Position numbers and translations under genes: made by a program | Origin: a virus | Length of the DNA: 48,136 nucleotides | Virus record (IMG/VR): IMGVR_UViG_3300033977_000008 | Coordinates: 1-48,136 of that record | Strand: one strand, 5' to 3' | In this document: positions 14,756 to 24,432 of the stretch, piece after piece | Numbering within the stretch: position 1 is the first letter of the stretch | How the letters are laid out: every line of letters starts with the position of its first letter | Notes under the pieces: generated by a model | Databases searched by the model: none | The model's input: only the letters and a program-made list of their open reading frames with translations | What the model was told of the DNA's origin: nothing

Positions 14756-17347
14756 ATGGCTCGCGCCAATGTTCTTGTCAATAACTTCAACGGCGGCGAA
14801 TTTTCAAGACTCATTGAGAGCCGAAGCGACCTGTCTAAGTATGCCTCGGGATGCCGCCGACTTGAAAACGCCATTCCGCTTGTTGAAGGCGGCGCGAAGA
14901 AGATGCCCGGAACAATCTTTGCGGGCATTGCAGGGAATGGCGGGCCACTAGGGACGGCGACAACAGGAAAGTCAAGGCTAGTTCCTTTCCAATTTTCAAC
15001 GCTTCAAACAGCAATCATTGAATTTTGCGCAGGATTCATCCGCATCTGGATGGACGGCGGCTTGATTGAAAGTGGTAACCCACTGACGCCCATAGTAGTA
15101 GCAACACCTTACGCCGAAGCCGACCTCTTTGACCTCGATGTATCAACCCAAAGTGCAGATGTTCTCTATATCTTTCATTCTAGTTACCCACCAGCTTCAC
15201 TTAATCGGATTTCAAACACGAATTGGACTTACACGCTTCTGTCGCTGTACGGCACAGAAGATGTGGTGAAAACTGGCTACAGCGCACTGGGTCAGTGCAT
15301 CACTAGTATCACTCAGGCAAATCCAGCGGTGGTGACTGTTGTGGGCACGGGAAGTAATGCGCCATTTGCAAACGGCGACCGAATTTACATCAACCTTTGT
15401 GCTGGCATGATGGAATTCAACCAAGGACAATTCATTGTCTCAAATATGAGCGCCACTGCTCCTTGGACATTTAACCTTTTGCCGCTTAATTCTAGCGGCG
15501 GAGGAAGTGTAGCTGCTTTGACGCCTGGGTTTCTGGATGGACCGTTTTCCTCTAATCCAGCCGGAATATATAATACAACTGGTGGAACGGGAACAGGACT
15601 TACAGTAGGTGTGGGAGTTCAGCATCGTCCCGATGGGACTTGGGTCATAACGAGCGTTTTCCCTATTAACGGCGGCACTGGTTATTACGTGGGAGATATA
15701 ATCCACTTCGTTGTTTTGAGTGAAACATTATCAGCTACGGTCAATGCTGTTATTGGGAGTAGTGCAATAGATTCTACGCATTTTCTTACCTACGAAGGCG
15801 GTGGTTTCGCAGTCAAGGTTCCGGCGCTTTTCAATAGTGCGGGTAACTACCCGGCTTGCGCTACGTTTCATCAAGAACGTTTCTGCATCGCGGGATCAAC
15901 GAACAATCCCACGCAAATGAATGGCAGCACTCAGGATGATTTTCCTGACTTCATCGCTGATCCCAATGAAGATGATTACGCGATTCAATTCACTCTGGTT
16001 AGCCAGCAGATTGATCAGATTCGGTGGATGATCGGGACTCCGAATGCGCTGCTGCTTGGGACGGCGAGCGGTGTGTGGGCTATGTTTAGTCCTTCGGGGA
16101 CATCGCTATCCCAGACAAATGTGATGGCGGCAAAGCAGACCAGTATGGGAGTTGGGGCAATCGCCCCGCAACTCGTAAACGACGCTATCATTTGGGTTAC
16201 GCGCTCGACCTACATTGTAAGATTGCTCATCTATAACTGGATCACAAACCAGTGGGAAGGCCCCGATCTTACGCGACTAAACCGTGAGATAACAGTTGGA
16301 CCTAGCGAGCCGCAATCGGGGATCGTGCAAACCGCCTTTCAGCGTGACCCGTATTTTATCTTCTGGGCAGTGCGTGCGGACGGTCAGCTTATCGGTCTGA
16401 CTTACGAGCGAGAGGATCAGGTATTTGCTTGGTTCAGAATCGTCACCGATGGGATTATCGAGTCGGTAGCTTGCATAAGCCAAGACGGGGCGGAAGACCA
16501 AGTATGGATTTCAGTGCAACGCACTGTGAACGGCGTGGCTCAGAGATACATCGAGTATTTCACTCCACAGGGACTTTTCAACGAATTATCAAACGGCTTC
16601 TTCGTTCACTGCGGTCTTCAGTGGCAAGGAGTCGGACCTTTCACGATTACGGGAATATCACAAGCCAATCCCTGCGTAGTGACGGCACCTGGACACACGT
16701 TGCAGAACGGGCAGAGCGTTAGAATCACCGGAGTCCAAGGCATGACTCAGGCGAATAACGATCCTGCTTCGGCCTGGATTGTAGCTGGAGTCAGCGGCAA
16801 CACATTCCAGTTGCAGAACGTAGATTCGACTGGATGGAATGCCTATACGTCTGGTGGCTCGGCAAGCCAAGTTACGAACACCGTTACGGGTCTTCAGTAC
16901 ATCCAAGGTCAAAGCGCGGTTGCGGTAGGAGACGGCGCGAAAATTTGGCAAGGTACGGTGCCCTCAAATGGGCAAGTGACCTTCGCATATTACGCTAATC
17001 TCGTGAGCATCGGGTTGACATTCCAGACGATCATTGAGCCGATGAATCCTACGCTTGGCAATCCTCAGCAAACTTCCAAAGGTAAGAAACAGAAAATCTC
17101 CCGCGTGACTTTCAGCCTTTGCGATTCTATTGGTGGTCAGTACGGAAACGACCAACAACATCTTCATTTGATGGCATATGGGCCTGGAGCCAAAGGATTG
17201 CCACCAGCTTTGTTCACAGGTAATATCACGCGGGATTTGGACGGAGATTGGCAGGACGAGGCCACGATTTCCATTGTTCATGGCGAGCCGTTTCCGTTTA
17301 CACTTAGAAGCGTCATACCTCGTGTGGATGTCGCGGAGATGGGATAA
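14756..17347 (+). CDS. Large tail nozzle / tail tubular protein B-like protein with two inserted beta-barrel domains
   Basis: 863 aa, after the adaptor and before the internal virion proteins. Two copies of I(T/S)..(T/S)QANP.VVT...G(D/Q)...I.......N.....V. Confidence 0.55.
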   Translation: MARANVLVNNFNGGEFSRLIESRSDLSKYASGCRRLENAIPLVEGGAKKMPGTIFAGIAGNGGPLGTATTGKSRLVPFQFSTLQTAIIEFCAGFIRIWMDGGLIESGNPLTPIVVATPYAEADLFDLDVSTQSADVLYIFHSSYPPASLNRISNTNWTYTLLSLYGTEDVVKTGYSALGQCITSITQANPAVVTVVGTGSNAPFANGDRIYINLCAGMMEFNQGQFIVSNMSATAPWTFNLLPLNSSGGGSVAALTPGFLDGPFSSNPAGIYNTTGGTGTGLTVGVGVQHRPDGTWVITSVFPINGGTGYYVGDIIHFVVLSETLSATVNAVIGSSAIDSTHFLTYEGGGFAVKVPALFNSAGNYPACATFHQERFCIAGSTNNPTQMNGSTQDDFPDFIADPNEDDYAIQFTLVSQQIDQIRWMIGTPNALLLGTASGVWAMFSPSGTSLSQTNVMAAKQTSMGVGAIAPQLVNDAIIWVTRSTYIVRLLIYNWITNQWEGPDLTRLNREITVGPSEPQSGIVQTAFQRDPYFIFWAVRADGQLIGLTYEREDQVFAWFRIVTDGIIESVACISQDGAEDQVWISVQRTVNGVAQRYIEYFTPQGLFNELSNGFFVHCGLQWQGVGPFTITGISQANPCVVTAPGHTLQNGQSVRITGVQGMTQANNDPASAWIVAGVSGNTFQLQNVDSTGWNAYTSGGSASQVTNTVTGLQYIQGQSAVAVGDGAKIWQGTVPSNGQVTFAYYANLVSIGLTFQTIIEPMNPTLGNPQQTSKGKKQKISRVTFSLCDSIGGQYGNDQQHLHLMAYGPGAKGLPPALFTGNITRDLDGDWQDEATISIVHGEPFPFTLRSVIPRVDVAEMG

Positions 17348-17796
17348 TGGGTGACCTGCTCACACTGAAAAATCTCCAGATGGGCTTTGCTGGCCTTGGC
17401 GCTCTCACCAGTGCGGTGTCGGGCTTCGGAGAGTATGAAGCTGGTCAGGAAAAGAAAGCCGCCTATGATTATAATGCCGCAGTCAGCCTCCAGCGAATGC
17501 AAGAAGAAATGCAGACTTCGGAGACGCAATATGCTGTTCTGACCGGCAGGCAGGCATCTCGTTATGCTGCCGCTGGCGTTGATATTGCTTCCGGTTCGCC
17601 GCTTTTGGTAATGGCGCACACCGCAGCGCAAGGTGCGAAGGAACAGGAGAGCGAATACCTAGCAGGCACGGAAGAAGCCGCGTTGCAGCGCTACTACGGT
17701 AAGGTGGCGGCTTTCAGCGGAACCGTGGGCGGTATCAGCACGTTCCTTAGTGGGCTGGCGAAATCAGGTAGCCAGATGGCTACTATTATGGCGTGA
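17347..17796 (+). CDS. Internal virion protein (small, gp14-like position)
   Basis: TAATG coupling to the nozzle gene. Hydrophobic Gly/Ala-rich ends. RQASRYAAAGVDIASGSPLLV is a motif typical of podovirus internal/ejection proteins. Confidence 0.5.
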   Translation: MGDLLTLKNLQMGFAGLGALTSAVSGFGEYEAGQEKKAAYDYNAAVSLQRMQEEMQTSETQYAVLTGRQASRYAAAGVDIASGSPLLVMAHTAAQGAKEQESEYLAGTEEAALQRYYGKVAAFSGTVGGISTFLSGLAKSGSQMATIMA

Positions 17797-19658
17797 GGGG
17801 GAGTCCAATCCCTGAAATTCCAGTAGTTACAGCTCCTCGTTTAGTTCCTCCACCGGAGATCAGTCCGCAGATTGCCGGGCAGCCTGGGGAGACGCTTGCC
17901 CGCCTCGGACGAGAATTTGGTACTGTAGCTGATTATGGATTTCAGGTAGCATCCCGGATAAAGGACGCACAAGATGCCGTTTTGATCCAGGATGCTGAAA
18001 ACCGAATAGTCGCGGATATTCAAAAAGCTCGCATGGAGTTAGCAAACTGGAGTGATTTCACCCAAGCCGATCAACTTAAAGAACAAACTGCGAAAACGCT
18101 AAGGGATAAATACTCGGCGCAATTCGCCAACCATCCTCACTTATGGCGGTATCTTGAACCTTACCTCGGGAGGGAATTGAATCAGTACAACTACGATGTT
18201 GACGTTAGGAGAGCAGGCCTAATCTCAGATTTCGGCACGGCTGGTCTTGTTGAAACACTGAGGAATGACTCCTTGCTAATATCCAACGCGAGATCGGAAG
18301 CTGAAAAGCGGAAATACGAGCAACATAGCCTAGGCCAGATACAAGTATTCCAGGATAAGGGAATCATAAATCCGCTCAAAGCGGAAGAGATGCGGCAGGC
18401 ATTTTTCAAGACGAACGAAGAGGCGATACTAACGAAACTTACTCGAAGCCCGAATCCTGACGATGTAGCGAGAGGAATATCTCTTCTTCAGGATTCAAAC
18501 AACTTCCCACATATCCCAACCAGCGAGCAAGCGAAGTATTTAACCGCCGCTGAAAAACACCTGGAAGTCGTAACTGAGATGGCTGGGAAAGCGCAACGCG
18601 ACAGGGCGGAGAGCACTGCAACTCAAGCGCTTCAAATGAAGTTCCCAGACGATTATGATACGCAACTCGAAATGCTCGAAGGTGTTGGGGCAACGACGCC
18701 AGAAGCTCAAGCACAATACATTGAATGGCTAAAGAGTGTTGGCCTTGCCGATCAGAATGGCGTTAAAGATATGGCAGCGATTAAGCAGACAAGAGAAGCT
18801 ATTGACGCCATGCAAGCAGATCGGAAGAAGCGCGAGACAGAAGAAAGTGATAAAGCCGAGAAGCAGATCACGGACGCCATGGCGACGCATGATTTTGTGA
18901 AAGCGCGACAACTGCTCAAGCAAAGTCTTCCCATGTTGGTGAAAGGGAAAGCCGAAGAACTTGATAAGGCGATAGTGGCGCGCGCGAAAAGGACAGATGA
19001 TGATATTTCCAATCACGAGGATGCGGCAGAATATCTGAAAATCATCAAGATGATGGCCGATGATCCAGATGCCGCAGAGAGAGAAATTATCCAAACCCCG
19101 CATTTGAAAACTACAACGCGAGAGAGTTTGGTAAAGCGCCTTGAGACAGCGCAGGATAAAATTTTGAAAAGTGGCCTTGCTATGGCAGACGGCTATCTCC
19201 GCGAGCAGATTTCAGCGACGAAAGACCCGCTTCAATTGCCAGGACCGTTGCATCTTGCAAAAGCGCGGGATGCGCAAGTAGCCCTTGGCGAGTGGATTGA
19301 ACAGGAAAATGCGCGAAGGGCTACGGGCAGACAGAAAGCGTTAACGTCTCAGGAGATATACGAGCACGCAAAGGAAATGGTGCCTGCGTACTATGTGACG
19401 ACAGCGCAGGAGATACAGTACGAAGCGGAAATGAAGAAGCGGGCTTTGCAAGCGCAGAAACCTTACAACTACACTCCTGAGCAACTCAAGCATTGGGCCG
19501 ATCACTACGGGATTACTGTTGATGAACTAAAACGTAGAATGAAGCAGCCTACCGATCAAAGAACCAGTGGCGCCTACACCGAAAAGGAACTTAAAGATAT
19601 GGCTGCGGAGTGGGATATAAGTGTTGAGCAAGTAAAAGACTATTTGGGGATTAAATAA
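17793..19658 (+). CDS. Internal virion/ejection protein, helical, with two C-terminal HeH/SAP-like motifs
   Basis: 621 aa, highly charged and helical. Overlapping start and stop with neighbours. C-terminal repeats YTPEQLKHWADHYGITVDELKRRM and YTEKELKDMAAEWDISVEQVKDYL. Confidence 0.55.
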   Translation: MRGSPIPEIPVVTAPRLVPPPEISPQIAGQPGETLARLGREFGTVADYGFQVASRIKDAQDAVLIQDAENRIVADIQKARMELANWSDFTQADQLKEQTAKTLRDKYSAQFANHPHLWRYLEPYLGRELNQYNYDVDVRRAGLISDFGTAGLVETLRNDSLLISNARSEAEKRKYEQHSLGQIQVFQDKGIINPLKAEEMRQAFFKTNEEAILTKLTRSPNPDDVARGISLLQDSNNFPHIPTSEQAKYLTAAEKHLEVVTEMAGKAQRDRAESTATQALQMKFPDDYDTQLEMLEGVGATTPEAQAQYIEWLKSVGLADQNGVKDMAAIKQTREAIDAMQADRKKRETEESDKAEKQITDAMATHDFVKARQLLKQSLPMLVKGKAEELDKAIVARAKRTDDDISNHEDAAEYLKIIKMMADDPDAAEREIIQTPHLKTTTRESLVKRLETAQDKILKSGLAMADGYLREQISATKDPLQLPGPLHLAKARDAQVALGEWIEQENARRATGRQKALTSQEIYEHAKEMVPAYYVTTAQEIQYEAEMKKRALQAQKPYNYTPEQLKHWADHYGITVDELKRRMKQPTDQRTSGAYTEKELKDMAAEWDISVEQVKDYLGIK

Positions 19659-22600
19659 TGCCTATTGATCCTCAGCACGGTCCTGATCCTTTGGAGGGCT
19701 CAGCGGTTCAGTACGGACCGGACCCGTTTGAACAAATGCATCCTGAGCCTCCGCCTTTCCCGATTGACGATCATGTTCACGAGCAAATTAAAAAATTACC
19801 TCCTCAACAAGAAGTGAAAGCGAGAAGCGGATGGAATTCTGTTCTTTACCAACTGAGTCAGCCATATCTCGCAAGTGGCTATAGCGCCGCATCAGCCTTG
19901 AATCGTGGTATGGCGCACTTCGCGGATACTCTGGACAATGCGAGAAAATGGCTACAGGAAAGTATGGGCCATGTGACTTGGGGTCCCAAGACTGAGCCAC
20001 TTGTCCCAGAAGACTTCTTTGAAAAACTTGCCAAGGTTTATGAATTAAATGCGGATTATTGGAAGCAGCGTGCTGACCAAGTAGGTCCCTCTTTTCTTGA
20101 AGAATTGGTTGGTGAAGCGATAGGTGGCGCGGTGCCCGGGATAACGGAATTCACTGTAGATACAGCTTCGTACTTCACTATCCCAGGTATGGCTGGGTGG
20201 GAAAAAGCACAAAAGCACGGGGAATCGGGAATAGACCCGGTGATTACAGGATTAGTTGAAGCGGCTAAGGTGGGAACGCTGCAATATCTATTTCGGACGA
20301 TGGCACCGTTCAAAAGATATCTGCAAGCATCTGCGATGGGTTCTTTTTTTGGTGCTCAGGCAGTGGCGGAAGCTCCAAGTGGTCAAAGGCTCAGAGGAGG
20401 CGCTAAAGGTCTGGGTACCGGAATGCTTTTGGCCGGAATCAGCCAGCCTGGTGAAATTGGCGTGAGGGACATCTATCCTGAACTTGGCAGTGGAATTCCT
20501 AGAATATCTCAAGACTTGCTCGTCCCACAATTGCCTATGGCGGAAGGATTAAAACCTGCCATTAAGACAGCCGACCGGGTGACCACAGGGGAAGTGGGAG
20601 AAACACATCCTGATATTGGCCCTCCGACACGCGACGAAGAGCGTGGCTTCGTGACTCCGCAAGGCAAGTTCCTAACGCGCAAAGGTGCGGAGGAGTGGCT
20701 GGCTCAAAACAATCCTGAAGTTCACGAAGAATGGAAGAAAAGAGCTGGAGAGGGAGCGGAATTTCACTCCGAAGATTATAACCTAGCGCGTGAGACCGTG
20801 CAGGCTTCACGTCGGCCTTTGCCTTTAGGTGCAGCGTCTCGGCTTCCAATAGATAATCCTCCGGTATTTCGGCCTCATGTGGAGCCGACTGGAATTTGGG
20901 GCAGCATCGGCAGGATATTTCATTCGATGTATAAAGCCACGACAATAGACATCGTACCGGGTCTTGCTGATGTAGGAGTATCCAATAACGCAGTCCAACA
21001 TGCTCACGCAAGAGAGGCGGCACCAAGGATTGTAGACGACCTTCTATCGCGAGTCTTCCCTGAAGATTACAAAAAGCCCCAAGTCATGGCGAACTTTATC
21101 GACCTACTCAACAAGGATAATATTTTAGGGGGGCTTGACTCTTTTCTGTTGCGGGCATCTGAGGCAAGAGTCGAAGGGGATACTGCCACCGCCGAAAAAT
21201 GGGATACACTCGCAGAAGCAGTTAAACAAGCGCACGACATTTCCGCTTATGATACCGAAGTTCGCAAAGCAATGCGAAATGACAAGTTCATGCAGACCGT
21301 CCAGCGATGGCAAGATAATGTGTCACCTAAACTCGATCAACTTTATAACGAGATGAAGCAAGTAGACCCTTTTACGCAACGGGATTCTCGCGGGCGTTAT
21401 CTGGACAGCCGCATAAATCTTTTAACTGAAGAAAAGGCGACAAGGTGGGCGGAAGCAATGCTAGACCCTGACAAACCGACGCCCGAGCCTTCGGCGTCAT
21501 CTTATCGCAATCCTAACGTAAAGCGCGATCCGTATGATGTGATGGCAACCTTCACTGGGAAATATTCAACTGACGCGAAGGCTGTGCTTTCTGCCGTTGT
21601 GGGACATAGATGGAATGAAGTAACCAAGATACGTTTCTACAATGATCTTGTGGATAACGGTATAGGAATAGTGCCGGAGGCAAATGAAGCTCCTCCCGAA
21701 GGGTACACTCGCATGGCGTTTAGAATGCCTCATACTGCGAACACTGGTCGGACCAATATTATCGAACAGCCATTGTTCGTACCGCAAAATCTCGTTCGTG
21801 AGATACGCAGTGTGCTTCGTACAGACATGCCGTTGAAGGAAAATCTTGTAGGAAGGGTTTTGACCGGACTTCAATTGGCTCAATTGGCGGACTTGACGAC
21901 TCACACGAAAAATATCCAATCGGTTATTACACGTGCGCAGGGAGCAGGCGATGTCTGGACGGATGTCATCAGGAAAATTCCCGGCTTTGGTTCTGCCGAT
22001 ACAATATGGCGCATGGTCAAGACGACTCGTGAAGTTTTCCACGATACGCCAGAGATAAGAGCAGAAATCGAGCAAATGGCTCGCCGTGGTTTGGTGAGAC
22101 CGGCTTTCCCTGCTATAGGGATACAGAAAATAACGCGCGGTCAGCAAATCATCCACGAGGCGGACACTGCGGCGCGGATCATTATGAATCGGTTCTTTGA
22201 CAATTTGGCAGAACGGAAACTCGTTCTTGATACAGAAGAAAACCGGCGCAACTTTGTCAATCAGGTCGGCGAATATAATACGCGACTTCAAGGACCGATT
22301 ATGAGAGCAGCTAAGCAATCAGGGCTTTCACCTTTCATTGTTGCTGGCCGGAACTTTAATAGACAGGGAAGATGGGCGGTTACAGGTAATCCTGGCATTG
22401 AAGCTGCTAGTACGAATGCTGCCGTTCAAATGCGCGTCTTGAACCTTCTTGGAACGGCTGCTCTTTTCACTCTGCCGATGTTCCTCAATTATCTCACCAG
22501 CGGTAAGATGACAGGACGAGCGGGAACACCTATCGGGGCGTGGGATTTAGGTCTAGAACCTGATCCAAAGACAGGAAAACATAAAGTTATTGATCTTCTC

Positions 22601-23170
22601 AACTGGACTGGAGCGAGGCGTGGGATGCGTTCTATCGGCCTTGATGCTTTGATCCAAGGGTTGATGAACGGCGACCACATGAACGACATAGCGGGAAACG
22701 CTTTGCAGGATGCTGGCAATACCATTATCCATCCCTGGAATGGACCAGCCATCGCATTTGCTGAAAAGACTCTAACTGGCAGACAGCTTGATCTTCGTGG
22801 AATTATGGAAGTGGAAAAATTACCCGAAGGTGGCGGGCTTCAATATGTAGAGAACTTTCGGGCTGCACTGGAAAGTCAGAATCCGTTTGTGTATTCGATT
22901 GTTCGTCCTGCCTTTCAGGAACTAGGCTTGGATCAGAAACCGAAGCCTAGTTATCCAGAAGATGTGATTACGTCATTATTAAAATCTCCTGAAGCAGCGG
23001 TCGGCGCGCGAGATATAACACCGCCACCGACAGAAGGGGAACGGCTGAAACGTGAGGCAGAAATTAAGCGCGCAAGAATGCGGGAAAAACTCGAATACAA
23101 AATAGGACTTGACCGCAAGGCTCAAAAAAAGCGGTTTACGATTCTAAGACGAAGGGCAGAAGAAGACTGA
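19658..23170 (+). CDS. Large internal virion / DNA-ejection protein (gp16-like position)
   Basis: 1170 aa, the largest non-fibre ORF and third in the internal-protein series. TAATG coupling upstream and ATGA coupling downstream. No lytic transglycosylase motif seen. Confidence 0.55.
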   Translation: MPIDPQHGPDPLEGSAVQYGPDPFEQMHPEPPPFPIDDHVHEQIKKLPPQQEVKARSGWNSVLYQLSQPYLASGYSAASALNRGMAHFADTLDNARKWLQESMGHVTWGPKTEPLVPEDFFEKLAKVYELNADYWKQRADQVGPSFLEELVGEAIGGAVPGITEFTVDTASYFTIPGMAGWEKAQKHGESGIDPVITGLVEAAKVGTLQYLFRTMAPFKRYLQASAMGSFFGAQAVAEAPSGQRLRGGAKGLGTGMLLAGISQPGEIGVRDIYPELGSGIPRISQDLLVPQLPMAEGLKPAIKTADRVTTGEVGETHPDIGPPTRDEERGFVTPQGKFLTRKGAEEWLAQNNPEVHEEWKKRAGEGAEFHSEDYNLARETVQASRRPLPLGAASRLPIDNPPVFRPHVEPTGIWGSIGRIFHSMYKATTIDIVPGLADVGVSNNAVQHAHAREAAPRIVDDLLSRVFPEDYKKPQVMANFIDLLNKDNILGGLDSFLLRASEARVEGDTATAEKWDTLAEAVKQAHDISAYDTEVRKAMRNDKFMQTVQRWQDNVSPKLDQLYNEMKQVDPFTQRDSRGRYLDSRINLLTEEKATRWAEAMLDPDKPTPEPSASSYRNPNVKRDPYDVMATFTGKYSTDAKAVLSAVVGHRWNEVTKIRFYNDLVDNGIGIVPEANEAPPEGYTRMAFRMPHTANTGRTNIIEQPLFVPQNLVREIRSVLRTDMPLKENLVGRVLTGLQLAQLADLTTHTKNIQSVITRAQGAGDVWTDVIRKIPGFGSADTIWRMVKTTREVFHDTPEIRAEIEQMARRGLVRPAFPAIGIQKITRGQQIIHEADTAARIIMNRFFDNLAERKLVLDTEENRRNFVNQVGEYNTRLQGPIMRAAKQSGLSPFIVAGRNFNRQGRWAVTGNPGIEAASTNAAVQMRVLNLLGTAALFTLPMFLNYLTSGKMTGRAGTPIGAWDLGLEPDPKTGKHKVIDLLNWTGARRGMRSIGLDALIQGLMNGDHMNDIAGNALQDAGNTIIHPWNGPAIAFAEKTLTGRQLDLRGIMEVEKLPEGGGLQYVENFRAALESQNPFVYSIVRPAFQELGLDQKPKPSYPEDVITSLLKSPEAAVGARDITPPPTEGERLKREAEIKRARMREKLEYKIGLDRKAQKKRFTILRRRAEED
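23125..23131 (+). other. In-frame A AAA AAG heptamer (candidate -1 frameshift or A7 slippage site)
   Basis: Zero-frame codons are CAA AAA AAG. The -1 frame is open from 23131 through ATG 23170 of the ATP-grasp gene. Confidence 0.35.
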
Positions 23171-24423
23171 TGGCAGGCTACAAAAGCAAAAGCGTGTGTG
23201 TTTCCGATAATGGACTGTTCAGCGAACTGGCAAGAACGCTTTCGCGTTCATTTGGGCAAGTTTGGTACACATCGCCTTGGGTGTCGGCGTTTCCTTTAAG
23301 CGAGCATCTTGAAGTTGCGGAAGGCATGGTGGAAATTGACAGGATTGACGACATCCATGAAATCATAAACGACTGCGACCTGTTTGTTTTCCCTGATATT
23401 TACCAAGCTCCGATTCAGATATACCTCGCATCCATTGGCAAGCGTGTGTGGGGAGCACGCGAAGGCGATGAACTGGAAATCTACCGCAAGGATTCAAGGG
23501 CTCACTGCCATGAACTTGGCATTCCGCTACCAGAATATGAAGTGATTAAGGGTATGAACGCCGTGCGGAAGTACATTAAGAACCACGATGGAGAAAAGCT
23601 GTGGGTGAAAGGCAACAAGCCCAGAGGAGATTTTGAGACTTTCTGTGTGGAGGGCTACGACCTTGGTAAGAATCAATTAGATGATATTGAAACACGGCTC
23701 GGACCTAAAGCGGATCAGATGACTTACATTGTCGAGCAAAACCTGAAGGCCAGCATTGACCTTGCCATCGACACGCATTGTATCGACGGACAATATCCAG
23801 ATACAACAGTGCTTGGTACGGAAGAAAAGGGAGAGTGCTATGTTGGGGAAGTTGCTCCGTGGGCGGCAATGCCTAATGCACTGCGAGAGATTTACAGCAA
23901 ACTTTCACGCACTTTGAAACAATACGAGTACCGAAATTTTCTGTCACTTGAATCTCGGGCTTTCGCCAAACGCATTTACCTTGGTGATCCGTGTTGCCGT
24001 GCTGGATCACCACCACTCGAATTGCAATTGAATTGGATTACGAATCTAGCCGATATTTTGTGGGAAGGCGCTGAAGGGCATATGGTCAATCCAGTTTATG
24101 ACGGCAGATTCGGCGTCGAGCTTATCGTGCATTCGGATTGGGCCAATAAGCATCCACTGCTAGTGGAGTTCCCTGAGAAGTACCGTGACAAAATTAAGTT
24201 TCGCTATAATTCGGAGTTTGAGGGCAACACTTGGATTATGCCCCAGGGCGTAGGTCCAAGAATTGCGGCAATCGTGAGTCATGGAAACTCAATCGACGCT
24301 TGCATCGAAGAGTGCAAAGAGATAAGCTCGCAATTGAAAGGAACCTTAGTGGAATCATTCACGAGGAGCTTCCCCATCGTCATGGAAAAGATCGAAACGC
24401 TAAAGACGTGGGGACACTGGTAG
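23170..24423 (+). CDS. ATP-grasp fold ligase (PurD/RimK-like architecture)
   Basis: Rossmann-like N-terminus, then ...EKLWVKGNKPRGDFETFCVEG..., IVEQNL...DLAIDTHCIDGQY and LSLESRAF..RIYLGDPCCRAGSPPLE, which resembles the E..N.R.GdPe motif of ATP-grasp enzymes. Confidence 0.6.
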   Translation: MAGYKSKSVCVSDNGLFSELARTLSRSFGQVWYTSPWVSAFPLSEHLEVAEGMVEIDRIDDIHEIINDCDLFVFPDIYQAPIQIYLASIGKRVWGAREGDELEIYRKDSRAHCHELGIPLPEYEVIKGMNAVRKYIKNHDGEKLWVKGNKPRGDFETFCVEGYDLGKNQLDDIETRLGPKADQMTYIVEQNLKASIDLAIDTHCIDGQYPDTTVLGTEEKGECYVGEVAPWAAMPNALREIYSKLSRTLKQYEYRNFLSLESRAFAKRIYLGDPCCRAGSPPLELQLNWITNLADILWEGAEGHMVNPVYDGRFGVELIVHSDWANKHPLLVEFPEKYRDKIKFRYNSEFEGNTWIMPQGVGPRIAAIVSHGNSIDACIEECKEISSQLKGTLVESFTRSFPIVMEKIETLKTWGHW

Positions 24424-24432
24424 GGAGGATTT

